From an uncultured Caldithrix sp. (lineage in GTDB: Bacteria; Electryoneota; AABM5-125-24; Hatepunaeales; Hatepunaeaceae), in contig CAYHEC010000006.1 of assembly GCA_964355675.1 (NCBI GenBank), forward strand, positions 1 through 64,000: a stretch of 64,000 nt of DNA, in the 5' to 3' direction. Position numbers and translations under genes: made by a program. Shown here piece after piece: positions 42,867 through 53,002 of the stretch (position 1 is its first letter; each line of letters opens with the position of its first letter). The notes under the pieces are model-generated. The model was given only the letters and a program-made list of their open reading frames with translations, was not told the DNA's origin and searched no databases.

Positions 42867-43106
42867 TTAAGTAATTTTTTCTGATTCTTCATAAAGTGTA
42901 TCGGGGCAGAAATCTTGTTCGTTTGGCCAAACGATAGTTCCGTTAAAAACACGTACCCTCCTGAAGTAATTCACATCGCGCAATTCCTTAAAAACACCAA
43001 TATTCAAATAAACAGAGCAATCAAAACGACCGGTTTCACCGTTAGTAAACCTTAAATGCAGGATATACTCCTCCATTGGAGTAACAGATTTTATTCGTGG
43101 ATTCAT
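42867..43106 (-). CDS. DUF2442 domain protein (orphan, no DUF4160 partner)
   Basis: IKSVTPMEEYILHLRFTNGETGRFD...IVWPNEQDFCPDTLYEE fits the DUF2442 pattern. Confidence 0.7.
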   Translation of the reverse strand: MNPRIKSVTPMEEYILHLRFTNGETGRFDCSVYLNIGVFKELRDVNYFRRVRVFNGTIVWPNEQDFCPDTLYEESEKIT

Positions 43107-43203
43107 GGATTACCTCAATGGTTCGATAGTACTGACCTGTCACGATTCTCACCCATAGCGGGCGGACACTTCTGTCCGCTGGTGTTGATGCTTGAATCTG
43201 GTA

Positions 43204-43375
43204 GAGGGCGGACTGAAAGAGTTCATTGAAATATTCTCAATTTGTATCGACTTGTCCACGCGGACGCCCTCGTCCGCGCTTGTTTTGTGCTTGAATGCTC
43301 GGCGGACGAGGGCGTCCGCCTGGACACTCTCGGCATTCTATCGAATACTTCAACGAACTCTGAAAGTCCGCCCTC
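43204..43375. repeat. Nested palindromic element: imperfect 21-bp inverted repeat GAGGGCGGACTGAAAGAGTTC / GAACTCTGAAAGTCCGCCCTC enclosing an 18-bp inverted pair GCGGACGCCCTCGTCCGC / GCGGACGAGGGCGTCCGC
   Basis: Outer arms at 43204-43224 and 43355-43375; inner arms at 43260-43277 and 43302-43319. The 25-mer at 43301-43325 is identical to 36973-36997. A further hairpin lies at 43162-43179. Confidence 0.8.
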
Positions 43376-43397
43376 CAAGAGCGGCACCCTAATAGTA

Positions 43398-44375
<978 letters not shown>

Positions 44376-44737
44376 CTATATTCTGATGTGTTGAGTGCTT
44401 AAGACATACCTTTTCAGGGTTGCCTCTTTTCCACTCATATTGACATTAGAAGATAAGACCAGATAGAGTATGTTCCAATACTTTGTGGAAAAAAGAGCAA
44501 GAGAGTTTACTCTTTGTGAAGAAAAATGCAGACAAAAAGAAGACGGGATCGAATGTAATTCGATCCCGTCCTTGGTAGAGGCGTATTTGGCAGAGAATGC
44601 GGATTCCCTGCCGCAGGGTGTCCTCACCCTGCGGAAAAGTTGCTATTTCACAATTAATTGTCGCAGGGTGAGACACCTTGCGACATCGAATATCGTATCA
44701 TCGTGCAGACTCTGCGGCTTGAGCCTATTGCACTCAC

Positions 44738-45559
44738 CTACTTTAAATAAACCGCTGGTAAGGCTGAACTCTTGCCATCGGCGTTCAGCATGATCTGATA
44801 ACGTCCCGCAGGAAGAGAACTCCCAGCAATCTGGTTCCACGAAACCTGCCCAGAAGACGCAACAGGAAGGACTCCCACCAACCGACCCATCGGATCGATC
44901 AACGATAGTCTCGCATTGCGGCTGTTGGTGTCGAAGCGGATGGTAGCATTCCCATTAAACGGATTGGGGTAGATCGAGACTAATGAATGGGATAGGGGCA
45001 ATATCTCATCAGAAGACTCAACCGATAACGGGGTTAAACCCGAAGTGGCGAAATTGTCGAGGAGCACTGATTTTGCGCTTGGTTGAGCTGATGTGTCTGA
45101 TAAAATGATTGTGACAACAAGAGAATCAAACTCGTGGACTTGGGGACTCCAATGGTTCGAATACTGCATCCAGGCATTTCCCATCGGTTCAAGCGACCCT
45201 TCGGTTCCATCAACCGCTTGGTCTTCGACATATCCGACAACCGCGATCCCGCCAAGTCCTCCAGCGGAAAGGGCTGAATAATAAAATGAAACTGCAACTT
45301 GATCTTCAGCGCGCATAGCTCCTAAATTCTGCATCAAAATACTGCCCGGAACCTGAGGAGTTGTCAACATGCGAGCAGAGAAATTTCCCTCATAATGCGA
45401 ATTAGATCGTTCAACCAACGTGAGGAATCCCGGGATATTGTACGTCAACCAGCCATCCGGATTTCCGTCAGTCCATTCTTCAAATCCGCCGTTTTGAACC
45501 TGCCCGTAAGATGCACCTGTCATCAATAGAACAATGAAAAGAACCGCGAAATGTTTCAT
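44738..45559 (-). CDS. Secreted protein with a T9SS C-terminal sorting domain
   Basis: Signal peptide MKHFAVLFIVLLMTGASYG. C-terminal LVSIYPNPFNGNATIRFD...LPAGRYQIMLNADGKSSALPAVYLK. Confidence 0.6.
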   Translation of the reverse strand: MKHFAVLFIVLLMTGASYGQVQNGGFEEWTDGNPDGWLTYNIPGFLTLVERSNSHYEGNFSARMLTTPQVPGSILMQNLGAMRAEDQVAVSFYYSALSAGGLGGIAVVGYVEDQAVDGTEGSLEPMGNAWMQYSNHWSPQVHEFDSLVVTIILSDTSAQPSAKSVLLDNFATSGLTPLSVESSDEILPLSHSLVSIYPNPFNGNATIRFDTNSRNARLSLIDPMGRLVGVLPVASSGQVSWNQIAGSSLPAGRYQIMLNADGKSSALPAVYLK

Positions 45560-45704
45560 TTCTGCTCCTTGAATTTTATTTTTAAATTATAACACCTTTC
45601 CCACAAAGGCGGGATCGGTTAGATAACAACAGAAGCGGGCGTCAAACACCCGAGTTCGACGCCCACTGCTAAACGATAAATGGCAAAGCGAATTCGAAAG
45701 GTAT

Positions 45705-45968
45705 TTAAATACCTTCTGACTCGGCTACGACATTGACAGCTTTACGTCCACGGAAAGATTTGAATAAAACTTTACCGTTCATTTTGGCAAAGATGGTATC
45801 ATCCTTGCCGATCCCGACGCCAAGTCCCGGGTGGAAATGAGTGCCACGTTGACGAAGGATAATTTCACCGGTCTTTACTCGCTGGCCGCCAGCGCGTTTG
45901 ACGCCAAGCATCTGCGGATTAGAGTCCCTGCCGTTGCGGGACGAACCGCCGCCTTTCTTATGAGCCAT
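45705..45968 (-). CDS. rpmA: 50S ribosomal protein L27
   Basis: [29 protein letters not shown]...[15 protein letters not shown]. Confidence 0.95.
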   Translation of the reverse strand: MAHKKGGGSSRNGRDSNPQMLGVKRAGGQRVKTGEIILRQRGTHFHPGLGVGIGKDDTIFAKMNGKVLFKSFRGRKAVNVVAESEGI

Positions 45969-45970
45969 CT

Positions 45971-46285
45971 CTAAGCTCCCTTCTCAATTGAGGTCACACG
46001 CACCATCGAGAAATGATGCCGCCAGCCATGCTTGACGCGATGGCCGCCACGACGTGTAATTTTGTAGGTGATCCCTTTACGTCCACGACCTTGAGATAGA
46101 AGCTCAAGTGTTACGGAATACGGGAGATTCGGTCTGCCAATCTCGAAGTTTGTGCCGTCTGCGATCATCATTACGTCTTTTATAACGACAGTGCCGCCGG
46201 GTTCGGCATTGAGCCGATCAACCTTCAGCGTCTGGTTAGGAGTAATGCGATATTGTCGTCCGGCTATTTTTACAAAGGCGTACAT
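45971..46285 (-). CDS. rplU: 50S ribosomal protein L21
   Basis: [25 protein letters not shown]...[19 protein letters not shown]. Confidence 0.95.
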   Translation of the reverse strand: MYAFVKIAGRQYRITPNQTLKVDRLNAEPGGTVVIKDVMMIADGTNFEIGRPNLPYSVTLELLSQGRGRKGITYKITRRGGHRVKHGWRHHFSMVRVTSIEKGA

Positions 46286-46340
46286 TGGAAATGTTCCTGT
46301 TCGGGTATCTAATAATTCTCAAGACAATGAATATAACTTC

Positions 46341-47930
46341 TTATTGTCCCTGAGTCAAGCTTTCTTTGCGCTCGTCTGCTGTTTTCAGTGAGCTTCCAAC
46401 TAAATGTTCGGCGGAAACATCTTTTTTGGATTTATAGGACCAGGCGCGAATTTCATCGATCTTATAGTATTCTTCGCTATTAACGGTGATGAATATTCTG
46501 TTCGCCCACATTATCTTCGCTAAGCGACTTGTCAATCCACCAGTAATGTAAGCTTTAACTCTTGGATGAACAGAAAGTTGCAGGCGATGTTCATGCGTCT
46601 GGGATGTGAATCGCTTGATCCAGCGTTCGAGAGCCGTCACCACAGTTTCAATCGATGGAACAAGCCCTGATCCGTCACATGTCGGACATGACTCACGAAG
46701 CGAGAGCATTAGCGACGGTCTGATTCGTTGCCGGGTCATTTCCAAAAGTCCAAAAGGAGTAATAGGAGCAATATCCCATTTGGATCTATCCATTTTCATA
46801 GCCCGGCGCATCTCGTCGAAGACTTTCCAGCGATTGCGCTCGTCGGACATATCGATAAAGTCGATGACGATGATCCCGCCTACGTCGCGCAGACGGAGCT
46901 GGCGGGCAATCTCACGAGCGGCTTTAAGATTGACTTTCAGTGAGTTATCTTCATGGTCTCGTTTCCCCACGAACTTGCCGCTGTTCACGTCGATGGCAAT
47001 CAACGCTTCAGTGGGATCAAAGTATAGATATCCGCCGCCACCAAGCCAAATTTTGCGGGAGAGACTGCGCTCAATCTCTGCTTCTATGCCGTATTTGTCA
47101 AAAATTGGTTGACGATCGGAATAGAGCGTAAGCTGTCCAACTAAGTTCGGAGCGACGTCCAGAAGGTACGTTTGAAGTTCTTTGAAAAGTTTTCGAGAAT
47201 CGACTACAAGACTATTCACACCGGGAGTGAATAGATCGCGAATAATCGATGAGGCCATAGTCAAGTCACGATAAGCAAGCCCCGGTCCCTTAAGATTTAG
47301 AACAGATTGCTCAATCTTCTTCCAAGTACTCGTCATCCTTTCAAGATCTTGGCGCAATTCTTCGTCAGTTTTGGATTCGGCAAGAGTTCTAATAATCAAG
47401 CCGAAGCCCTTCGGTCTCATCCGTCCACCAATCTGGCGTAGTCTCTTCTTCTCTTTAAAAGTCGAGACTTTGCGGGAAACACCGATAAACGATTCATTCG
47501 GAACGAGAACCAGAAATCTCCCGGGAAGCGAAATCTGTGTGCTTACACGGGGTCCTTTGCGACCAATAGATTCTTTAACAACCTGAACCAGTATCTCTTG
47601 ACCTACTTTTAGATCGGATCCTTCCCAGCGACGGCGGTGACCTTCCATATCATCCTCCGACTGCTCGACGCCGGTTTCCGATTGAAGTTTAATCAAGTCG
47701 TTACCGCTACCAATATCTGAAAAGTGCAGGAAGGCATCCTGAGAAAAACCTATGTCAACGAACGCGGCCGACATACCTACCAGAACCTTGCGCACGACCC
47801 CCTTGTGCAGGCTCCCAACCATTCTCTCGTTCTCTGGCCGTTCAACGAATAACTCTACCAGTTGATCGTCTTCAAGCAACGCAGTTCGAGTCTCCTCGGT
47901 GGTAGCATTGATAATGATATCTTGTTTCAT
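46341..47930 (-). CDS. rng: Ribonuclease G/E family (Rne/Rng)
   Basis: S1-like N-terminus (GSLHKGVVRKVLVGMSAAFVDIG), GGGYLYFDPTEALIAIDVNSGKF, GGIIVIDFIDM, CPTCDGSG. Confidence 0.9.
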   Translation of the reverse strand: MKQDIIINATTEETRTALLEDDQLVELFVERPENERMVGSLHKGVVRKVLVGMSAAFVDIGFSQDAFLHFSDIGSGNDLIKLQSETGVEQSEDDMEGHRRRWEGSDLKVGQEILVQVVKESIGRKGPRVSTQISLPGRFLVLVPNESFIGVSRKVSTFKEKKRLRQIGGRMRPKGFGLIIRTLAESKTDEELRQDLERMTSTWKKIEQSVLNLKGPGLAYRDLTMASSIIRDLFTPGVNSLVVDSRKLFKELQTYLLDVAPNLVGQLTLYSDRQPIFDKYGIEAEIERSLSRKIWLGGGGYLYFDPTEALIAIDVNSGKFVGKRDHEDNSLKVNLKAAREIARQLRLRDVGGIIVIDFIDMSDERNRWKVFDEMRRAMKMDRSKWDIAPITPFGLLEMTRQRIRPSLMLSLRESCPTCDGSGLVPSIETVVTALERWIKRFTSQTHEHRLQLSVHPRVKAYITGGLTSRLAKIMWANRIFITVNSEEYYKIDEIRAWSYKSKKDVSAEHLVGSSLKTADERKESLTQGQ

Positions 47931-48248
47931 TAAGCCTCAAAACAGAGCATATAGCTCCGCAAAGTATTTGAAGAACATCTCCTGTCACGACATAATCGTT
48001 AACAAAAGAAACAATATCTGTTGAGTCAGTGGAAAATTGCTCAAATCATCGGGTATCGGCGATTTAAATCGCCGACTCAAGCAAAAACCAGACGTTTGTG
48101 CAAGTTCAGCGACTAAAGTCGCCGGTACCGATTGAGTTTTTCAGCAGACTCATCTGCTTTTGAACGATATTGGGCGATCCCCCCGATTGTAGCCCATTCA
48201 TCGTTCGGACACGATAAAAACGCGCCCAAATCCCCCCACACTACCCCC

Positions 48249-48821
48249 CTAACCGATATAGCGTGCCAAAACACGATAACGGTCTATCCCTAATCTGTCT
48301 GATCGTGGTGATACTTGAAAATTATAAACTTGATCACCATCCGGACCAGAAAATCCTACTCGTAACGGCGCTTTGGTAGCGAGGCAGAAATATGCCGCAA
48401 GAGGTTCAAATTTCGGCGACAGATCTACTACAACATCGAACCCCTTTTCGTTAAATGTCCGACAGAAATTTTTCCTTGGGATACCGAAAAAGGATAAGTC
48501 ATCGCGACGTACGTTTATCAATTCCGCTTCGATTTCAGCGGGAGCTGACGCCCCAACACCGGGAAGTGCAAGAAGCGTCAGTGAAGCGTGAGGGAATCGT
48601 TCTCGAACCCGGTTGAGTACGACTCGCGCCGCAAGTAGATCCAATCCTTCGCCCGGCCAGCAGATTAAAACCTTGTGAACTCGATCCCAGATTTCAGCGA
48701 CATCAATCTCTTGTCGAGCAAGTTCTTTTGATAGCTTACGAAGTGCCAGGCGGGTAAAGCTTTTTTGCAGAGAATACCAAATTCCCTCAAACATTGTTGA
48801 AAAATACCTCCGATTTCTCAA
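48249..48821 (-). CDS. Hypothetical protein resembling the N-terminal half of GT9 heptosyltransferases; likely start is Met10 at 48794
   Basis: KVLICWPGEGLDLLAARVVLNRVRERFPHASLTLLALPG...FDVVVDLSP...PLRVGF resembles the GT9 N-terminal domain pattern. No C-terminal domain is present. Confidence 0.35.
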   Translation of the reverse strand: MRNRRYFSTMFEGIWYSLQKSFTRLALRKLSKELARQEIDVAEIWDRVHKVLICWPGEGLDLLAARVVLNRVRERFPHASLTLLALPGVGASAPAEIEAELINVRRDDLSFFGIPRKNFCRTFNEKGFDVVVDLSPKFEPLAAYFCLATKAPLRVGFSGPDGDQVYNFQVSPRSDRLGIDRYRVLARYIG

Positions 48822-50076
48822 CCCTGATCCGCGAGATTCTCCGTCCGATCAATTCTTCTACTTTGAAATTATATCCATTAAATTCGAATTCTTCGCCTCG
48901 TCGTGGGACAACTCCAAGCTGGCTATAGACAAACCCGCCGACAGTATCGTAGGCGTCCGATTCTTCGACAAGTTCATGTCCGATAACCTGATTCAGGTCA
49001 TAAATGGAAAGTCTTCCACTCGCGGTAACCGTTCGTTCGTCGATTCGCATCGATAAAGGCTGTTCTTTATCATATTCATCCTGAATTTCACCGACGATCT
49101 CCTCGATGATATCTTCAAGCGTCACAAGCCCGGCAGTTCCACCATACTCATCAAGGACGATCGCCATGTGAACCTGCTCTTTCTGGAATTCGCGCAACAG
49201 GTCGTCAACTTTCTTTTCCTCTGGAACGACATAGACTTTGCGGACCGATTTCGCAAGATTAAAAGTGTCGGGATCCTGGGCCGCTAACAACAGATCTTTA
49301 ACGTGAACAATACCAATAATATTGTCGATATTTTTATCATAAACAGGGATTCGAGAGTGACCGTATTGAGTCACTATTGTGAGTATTTCCTGCAATGATG
49401 CTTCGGAGGAAACGGAAGCCATATCGATTCGCGGCACCATCACTTCGCGAACTATAGTATCACCAAGCTCAAAGATGGAGTGAATCATCTGCCGTTCTTC
49501 CTGTTCCAGTACTCCATGCTCATGGCCAACCTCGACGAGAGCGCGAATTTCCTCCTCAGACATGCTCATGACTCGATGTTGCTCGACGCCGAAAAAGTGA
49601 CTGAGTGTTGTCGCAATTTTGGCGAGAGGCCAAGCTATTGGGAAGGTGATCCAGATTATCCCACCGACTAACCAGGCAGTATGGAGAGCCCAGGATTCCG
49701 CGTTTCTTATCGCTTGAAGTTTCGGGATCAATTCACCAAAATATAGAATCATCAATGTGATCAGAACAACTTCAACTCCCACCGCTAAACCAGAACTTAT
49801 CCCAAATGTGTCTGCCATCTGAATTACCCAAAGCGCTGATATTGCGGCAATGGTAGTATTAACGATGGTATTCCCGGTCAATATCGAAGATAATAGCAGA
49901 CGGGGATTCCGCATGAGCCGAGTAATCCGGCGAGCTCGAGGATCGGAGGATTGGGCGAGGCGATTGAGAACGCTTCTGCTGAGCGAAAAATAGGCGGATT
50001 CAATACTTGAGAAAAAGGCGGAAGCAACCAGAAGCGCCAGTAGAACCACCAGCTGTATCCATGAATCTGTATCCAA
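48787..50076 (-). CDS. CNNM/DUF21-CBS-CorC_HlyC family protein (TlyC/hemolysin-like Mg/Co efflux family)
   Basis: N-terminal 4-TM DUF21 region, tandem CBS domains (VMVPRIDM...IPVYDKNIDNIIGIVHVKDLL) and a CorC/HlyC C-terminal domain. Confidence 0.85.
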   Translation of the reverse strand: MDTDSWIQLVVLLALLVASAFFSSIESAYFSLSRSVLNRLAQSSDPRARRITRLMRNPRLLLSSILTGNTIVNTTIAAISALWVIQMADTFGISSGLAVGVEVVLITLMILYFGELIPKLQAIRNAESWALHTAWLVGGIIWITFPIAWPLAKIATTLSHFFGVEQHRVMSMSEEEIRALVEVGHEHGVLEQEERQMIHSIFELGDTIVREVMVPRIDMASVSSEASLQEILTIVTQYGHSRIPVYDKNIDNIIGIVHVKDLLLAAQDPDTFNLAKSVRKVYVVPEEKKVDDLLREFQKEQVHMAIVLDEYGGTAGLVTLEDIIEEIVGEIQDEYDKEQPLSMRIDERTVTASGRLSIYDLNQVIGHELVEESDAYDTVGGFVYSQLGVVPRRGEEFEFNGYNFKVEELIGRRISRIRVEKSEVFFNNV

Positions 50077-50568
50077 TTAACCCTCTTCCTGCAGATCGAC
50101 GATATACTTCTCACCACATTCGACCATATTCTTCAATGAGACCTCGTCATCATGATCCCATCCGCACAAGTGAAGAAAACCATGAACTGCGAGTCGAACC
50201 GTTTCTTTTGAAGTTTTCTCCCCAAATTGGGCCGCTTGAAATTCAGCGCGGTCAAGACTGATGTAAATATCGCCTTCGACCGCCGATGGATCATCGCTAA
50301 GATCGAACGCCAGAACGTCAGTAGGTTCATCGTAACCGCGAAAATCTTTGTTAAGTTGTTTAAGTAAATCATCATCGCCAAGAACTATATTCAAATTTGA
50401 CACTTTACACTTTTCACCGAGACTCGTGGCGTTCAATGATTTTTGTATTGAGTTTGCCAGCAACGGCTGAGAAATTCCTGTAACGAATTCGATGTGCAAC
50501 GCAATTTCATCGTTGTTCACAGGTTTATTATTTAGTACGCTCAACTTATAACCGACCAATTTTTGCAT
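50077..50568 (-). CDS. ybeY: rRNA maturation endoribonuclease YbeY
   Basis: TDVLAFDL and HGFLHLCGWDHDD (zinc-binding H-x-x-x-H...H motif). Confidence 0.9.
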   Translation of the reverse strand: MQKLVGYKLSVLNNKPVNNDEIALHIEFVTGISQPLLANSIQKSLNATSLGEKCKVSNLNIVLGDDDLLKQLNKDFRGYDEPTDVLAFDLSDDPSAVEGDIYISLDRAEFQAAQFGEKTSKETVRLAVHGFLHLCGWDHDDEVSLKNMVECGEKYIVDLQEEG

Positions 50569-53002
50569 TTTTAGTCTCTGGCGTATTTTCTACACCTTGA
50601 GAAGAGTCTGGATATTGAATTCGCTGATGATGCATGCCGAGCAGAACCTTCAAGAAAGCCTCTTTAATGTGGGTTATTTCTTTAAGAGTGAGAGGACATT
50701 CATCAAGATCTCCTTCCGCCAACCGTAATGAGACAAATTTGTCAACCATTTCCCTTAAATCCTGTTGAGAGGGATGATCAAGGGAACGAGTTGCCGCTTC
50801 TATCCCGTCTGCAAGCATCAGAATAGCTGTCTCGCGCGTTTGTGGTTTAGGACCGGCGTAGCGGAAACGGCTTTCATCGACTTTCTTACCTTGTTCTCGC
50901 TGAGCCTTGGAGTAGAAATACGCAAGTTTCGTTTTGCCATGATGTTCAGTTATGAACATCTTGATTTCAGGCGGCAATTTATGTTGCGAGGCGAGCTCCA
51001 TACCTCGATTCACATGTTCGATCACAATCCTCGCAGATTCGCTTGGAGCCAGCCGGTCGTGAATATTCTCGCTACCTGTCTCTTGATTTTCTATAAAATA
51101 CTCACGAATATCGATTTTTCCGATATCGTGATAATAAGCTCCGGCGCGTGTGAGCAATGAATTTGCGCCGATTACACGAGCGGCTGATTCTGCTAAACTT
51201 CCCACCATCAAGCTATGGTGGTATGTTCCCGGCGATTTCAGCGCCAGCTGTCTGAGTAGCGGTCGATTGAGATCCACCAACTCAAGCAAGGTCAGATCGG
51301 TTGTAATACCGAAAAGACTCTCAATCAGCGGAACAATACCCAAGACCAACATCGGAGATACAAACGCCATCCCCAATGCCAACCCGGTCTCCGCCCAAAA
51401 TGACCCATCACCTTCATACGTAACCAGATAAAATCCAGCAACCATTACCAATGAGACGCCGGCAAGATATATTCCGGTCTTAATGAGATCTTTGCGCGCT
51501 TGCAAAGATCGTAACGCCATGATAGCAACTCCACCATTGGCAAGAGCATAGGTCGTTGTTTGAAAATCATTGCCTTGAAGAAATCCACCCGCAAGCGCAA
51601 GTGTTACCAGACCAAGGGCGGCTATTGTCCTCCCCAACAAAATTGTGAGCAACAGTGCAGTAAATGCTGCTGGAAACAACTGTCGTGACAAACCGAAACC
51701 GATTGGAACAACTCTGAAAAATAATAATACTGAAGCTAAAACCAACAATAATAGCAACATTTTCTGCCAATTGCTCCAAACTTCAGGTTTGGATACAGAC
51801 ACGCCAAACATCATGAAAGCGGTAAGCAATGCAATTATAACTAACTGCCCGATGATGGGCAGGAGCGACGCAACTCCGCCCCGATCGACGGATAATTCTG
51901 CGCGCTTTACTGCGAGTGAATTAAGTTTGTCAAGATGATCTTCAGTTACCTTTATATGGCTGTCGATGATCAACTCATCTTGTATAACAAATCCTTTTGC
52001 AAGCGGCACACTATTTACGGCTGACTCACGCCTTCGTTCGGTTTCCTCTGGGTTATAGACCAAATTGGGAATTAAAAATTGGGAGAGGATTGCCGTTTCA
52101 ATTTTGACTGACACACTGTCGATTCCATATCTGTTCATTGAGTCAAATATATACTCATGAATTAGTAATGCATTTCTATTTGGTTTATTCAATGAGTCAA
52201 GCAGTATGACCGTTTCTACGTTGCCGTTCAAAACTGCTACAAGTTTGACGCCGTGGGGAAGATCATCATTTTGAGACGCGCACACTCCGGACCGATACAA
52301 ATGAGTCATAACATCGGGTCCGGTCTTGGAGAATAATATATTATATTTATTATGATTTGGAGCAGATAAATAGAGTTTAAAAAGAAAACTCCACTGCTCC
52401 CAGTTTAAATGTAGCCCATATTTATCACTGATATTTCGTGAGCCTTTTAAGAATGCCTCTCCACCTTTTTCATTCCACGAGTCGGTTGAATCGCTTTCAA
52501 TCTTCAACCAGCCATCCGGAAGCGATTCTATAAGACTCGCTACTTCCGAGCCAAATTCTGCAAATTTCTTTAAGGCAATTGCTTTGGTAGTATCATTTTT
52601 TATAAATAGCGGCAGAACCTCCGAAGCGGCATAATCGCGCTCTGTTTCTAACTCCTCAGAATTTTTGAGAATTTCAAAATCGAATGGGGCTATGATTTTG
52701 GCAGGTGAAATACTTCCGATTGACAAGTGAGCGAATTCAGGTGATTTTCCTCGAGGCGCGATAAGTGTCAGAAGAATGATAAAACAGATCGCAAGTGAAT
52801 AATGCCACCAGGTTACGAATTTTTCATTCTTTGGTCTCGATTCACTTTCTATTTCTGGTCCATCATCCATGCTGAATTTCACCGTTCCCATTTTGGTAGG
52901 CTCGCAGAATTTCTGCGACCAAAGGATGCCTGACAACGTCGGTATCGTTAAATTCAACGAACCCGATTCCTTCGACATTCGATAAAATCTGCTTAGCTTC
53001 AA
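50546..53002 (-). CDS. Membrane HD/HDIG-domain phosphohydrolase (PgpH/YqfF-like, 7-TM receptor plus HD); real start probably Met38 at 52891 or Met45 at 52870
   Basis: Seven central TM helices. HHSLMVGSLAE...YYHDIGK...EHHG. The long ORF overlaps phoH by 140 nt, whereas the ATG at 52870 overlaps the phoH stop by only 8 nt. Confidence 0.85.
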   Translation of the reverse strand: MKLSRFYRMSKESGSLNLTIPTLSGILWSQKFCEPTKMGTVKFSMDDGPEIESESRPKNEKFVTWWHYSLAICFIILLTLIAPRGKSPEFAHLSIGSISPAKIIAPFDFEILKNSEELETERDYAASEVLPLFIKNDTTKAIALKKFAEFGSEVASLIESLPDGWLKIESDSTDSWNEKGGEAFLKGSRNISDKYGLHLNWEQWSFLFKLYLSAPNHNKYNILFSKTGPDVMTHLYRSGVCASQNDDLPHGVKLVAVLNGNVETVILLDSLNKPNRNALLIHEYIFDSMNRYGIDSVSVKIETAILSQFLIPNLVYNPEETERRRESAVNSVPLAKGFVIQDELIIDSHIKVTEDHLDKLNSLAVKRAELSVDRGGVASLLPIIGQLVIIALLTAFMMFGVSVSKPEVWSNWQKMLLLLLVLASVLLFFRVVPIGFGLSRQLFPAAFTALLLTILLGRTIAALGLVTLALAGGFLQGNDFQTTTYALANGGVAIMALRSLQARKDLIKTGIYLAGVSLVMVAGFYLVTYEGDGSFWAETGLALGMAFVSPMLVLGIVPLIESLFGITTDLTLLELVDLNRPLLRQLALKSPGTYHHSLMVGSLAESAARVIGANSLLTRAGAYYHDIGKIDIREYFIENQETGSENIHDRLAPSESARIVIEHVNRGMELASQHKLPPEIKMFITEHHGKTKLAYFYSKAQREQGKKVDESRFRYAGPKPQTRETAILMLADGIEAATRSLDHPSQQDLREMVDKFVSLRLAEGDLDECPLTLKEITHIKEAFLKVLLGMHHQRIQYPDSSQGVENTPETKNAKIGRL

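Noticed and set aside
50546-53002. 140-nt overlap between phoH and the pgpH-like ORF as a possible programmed frameshift or fusion
   Set aside because: It is explained more simply by an internal start. The ATG at 52870 overlaps the phoH stop by 8 nt, and the extra N-terminal residues of the long ORF have no conserved features.
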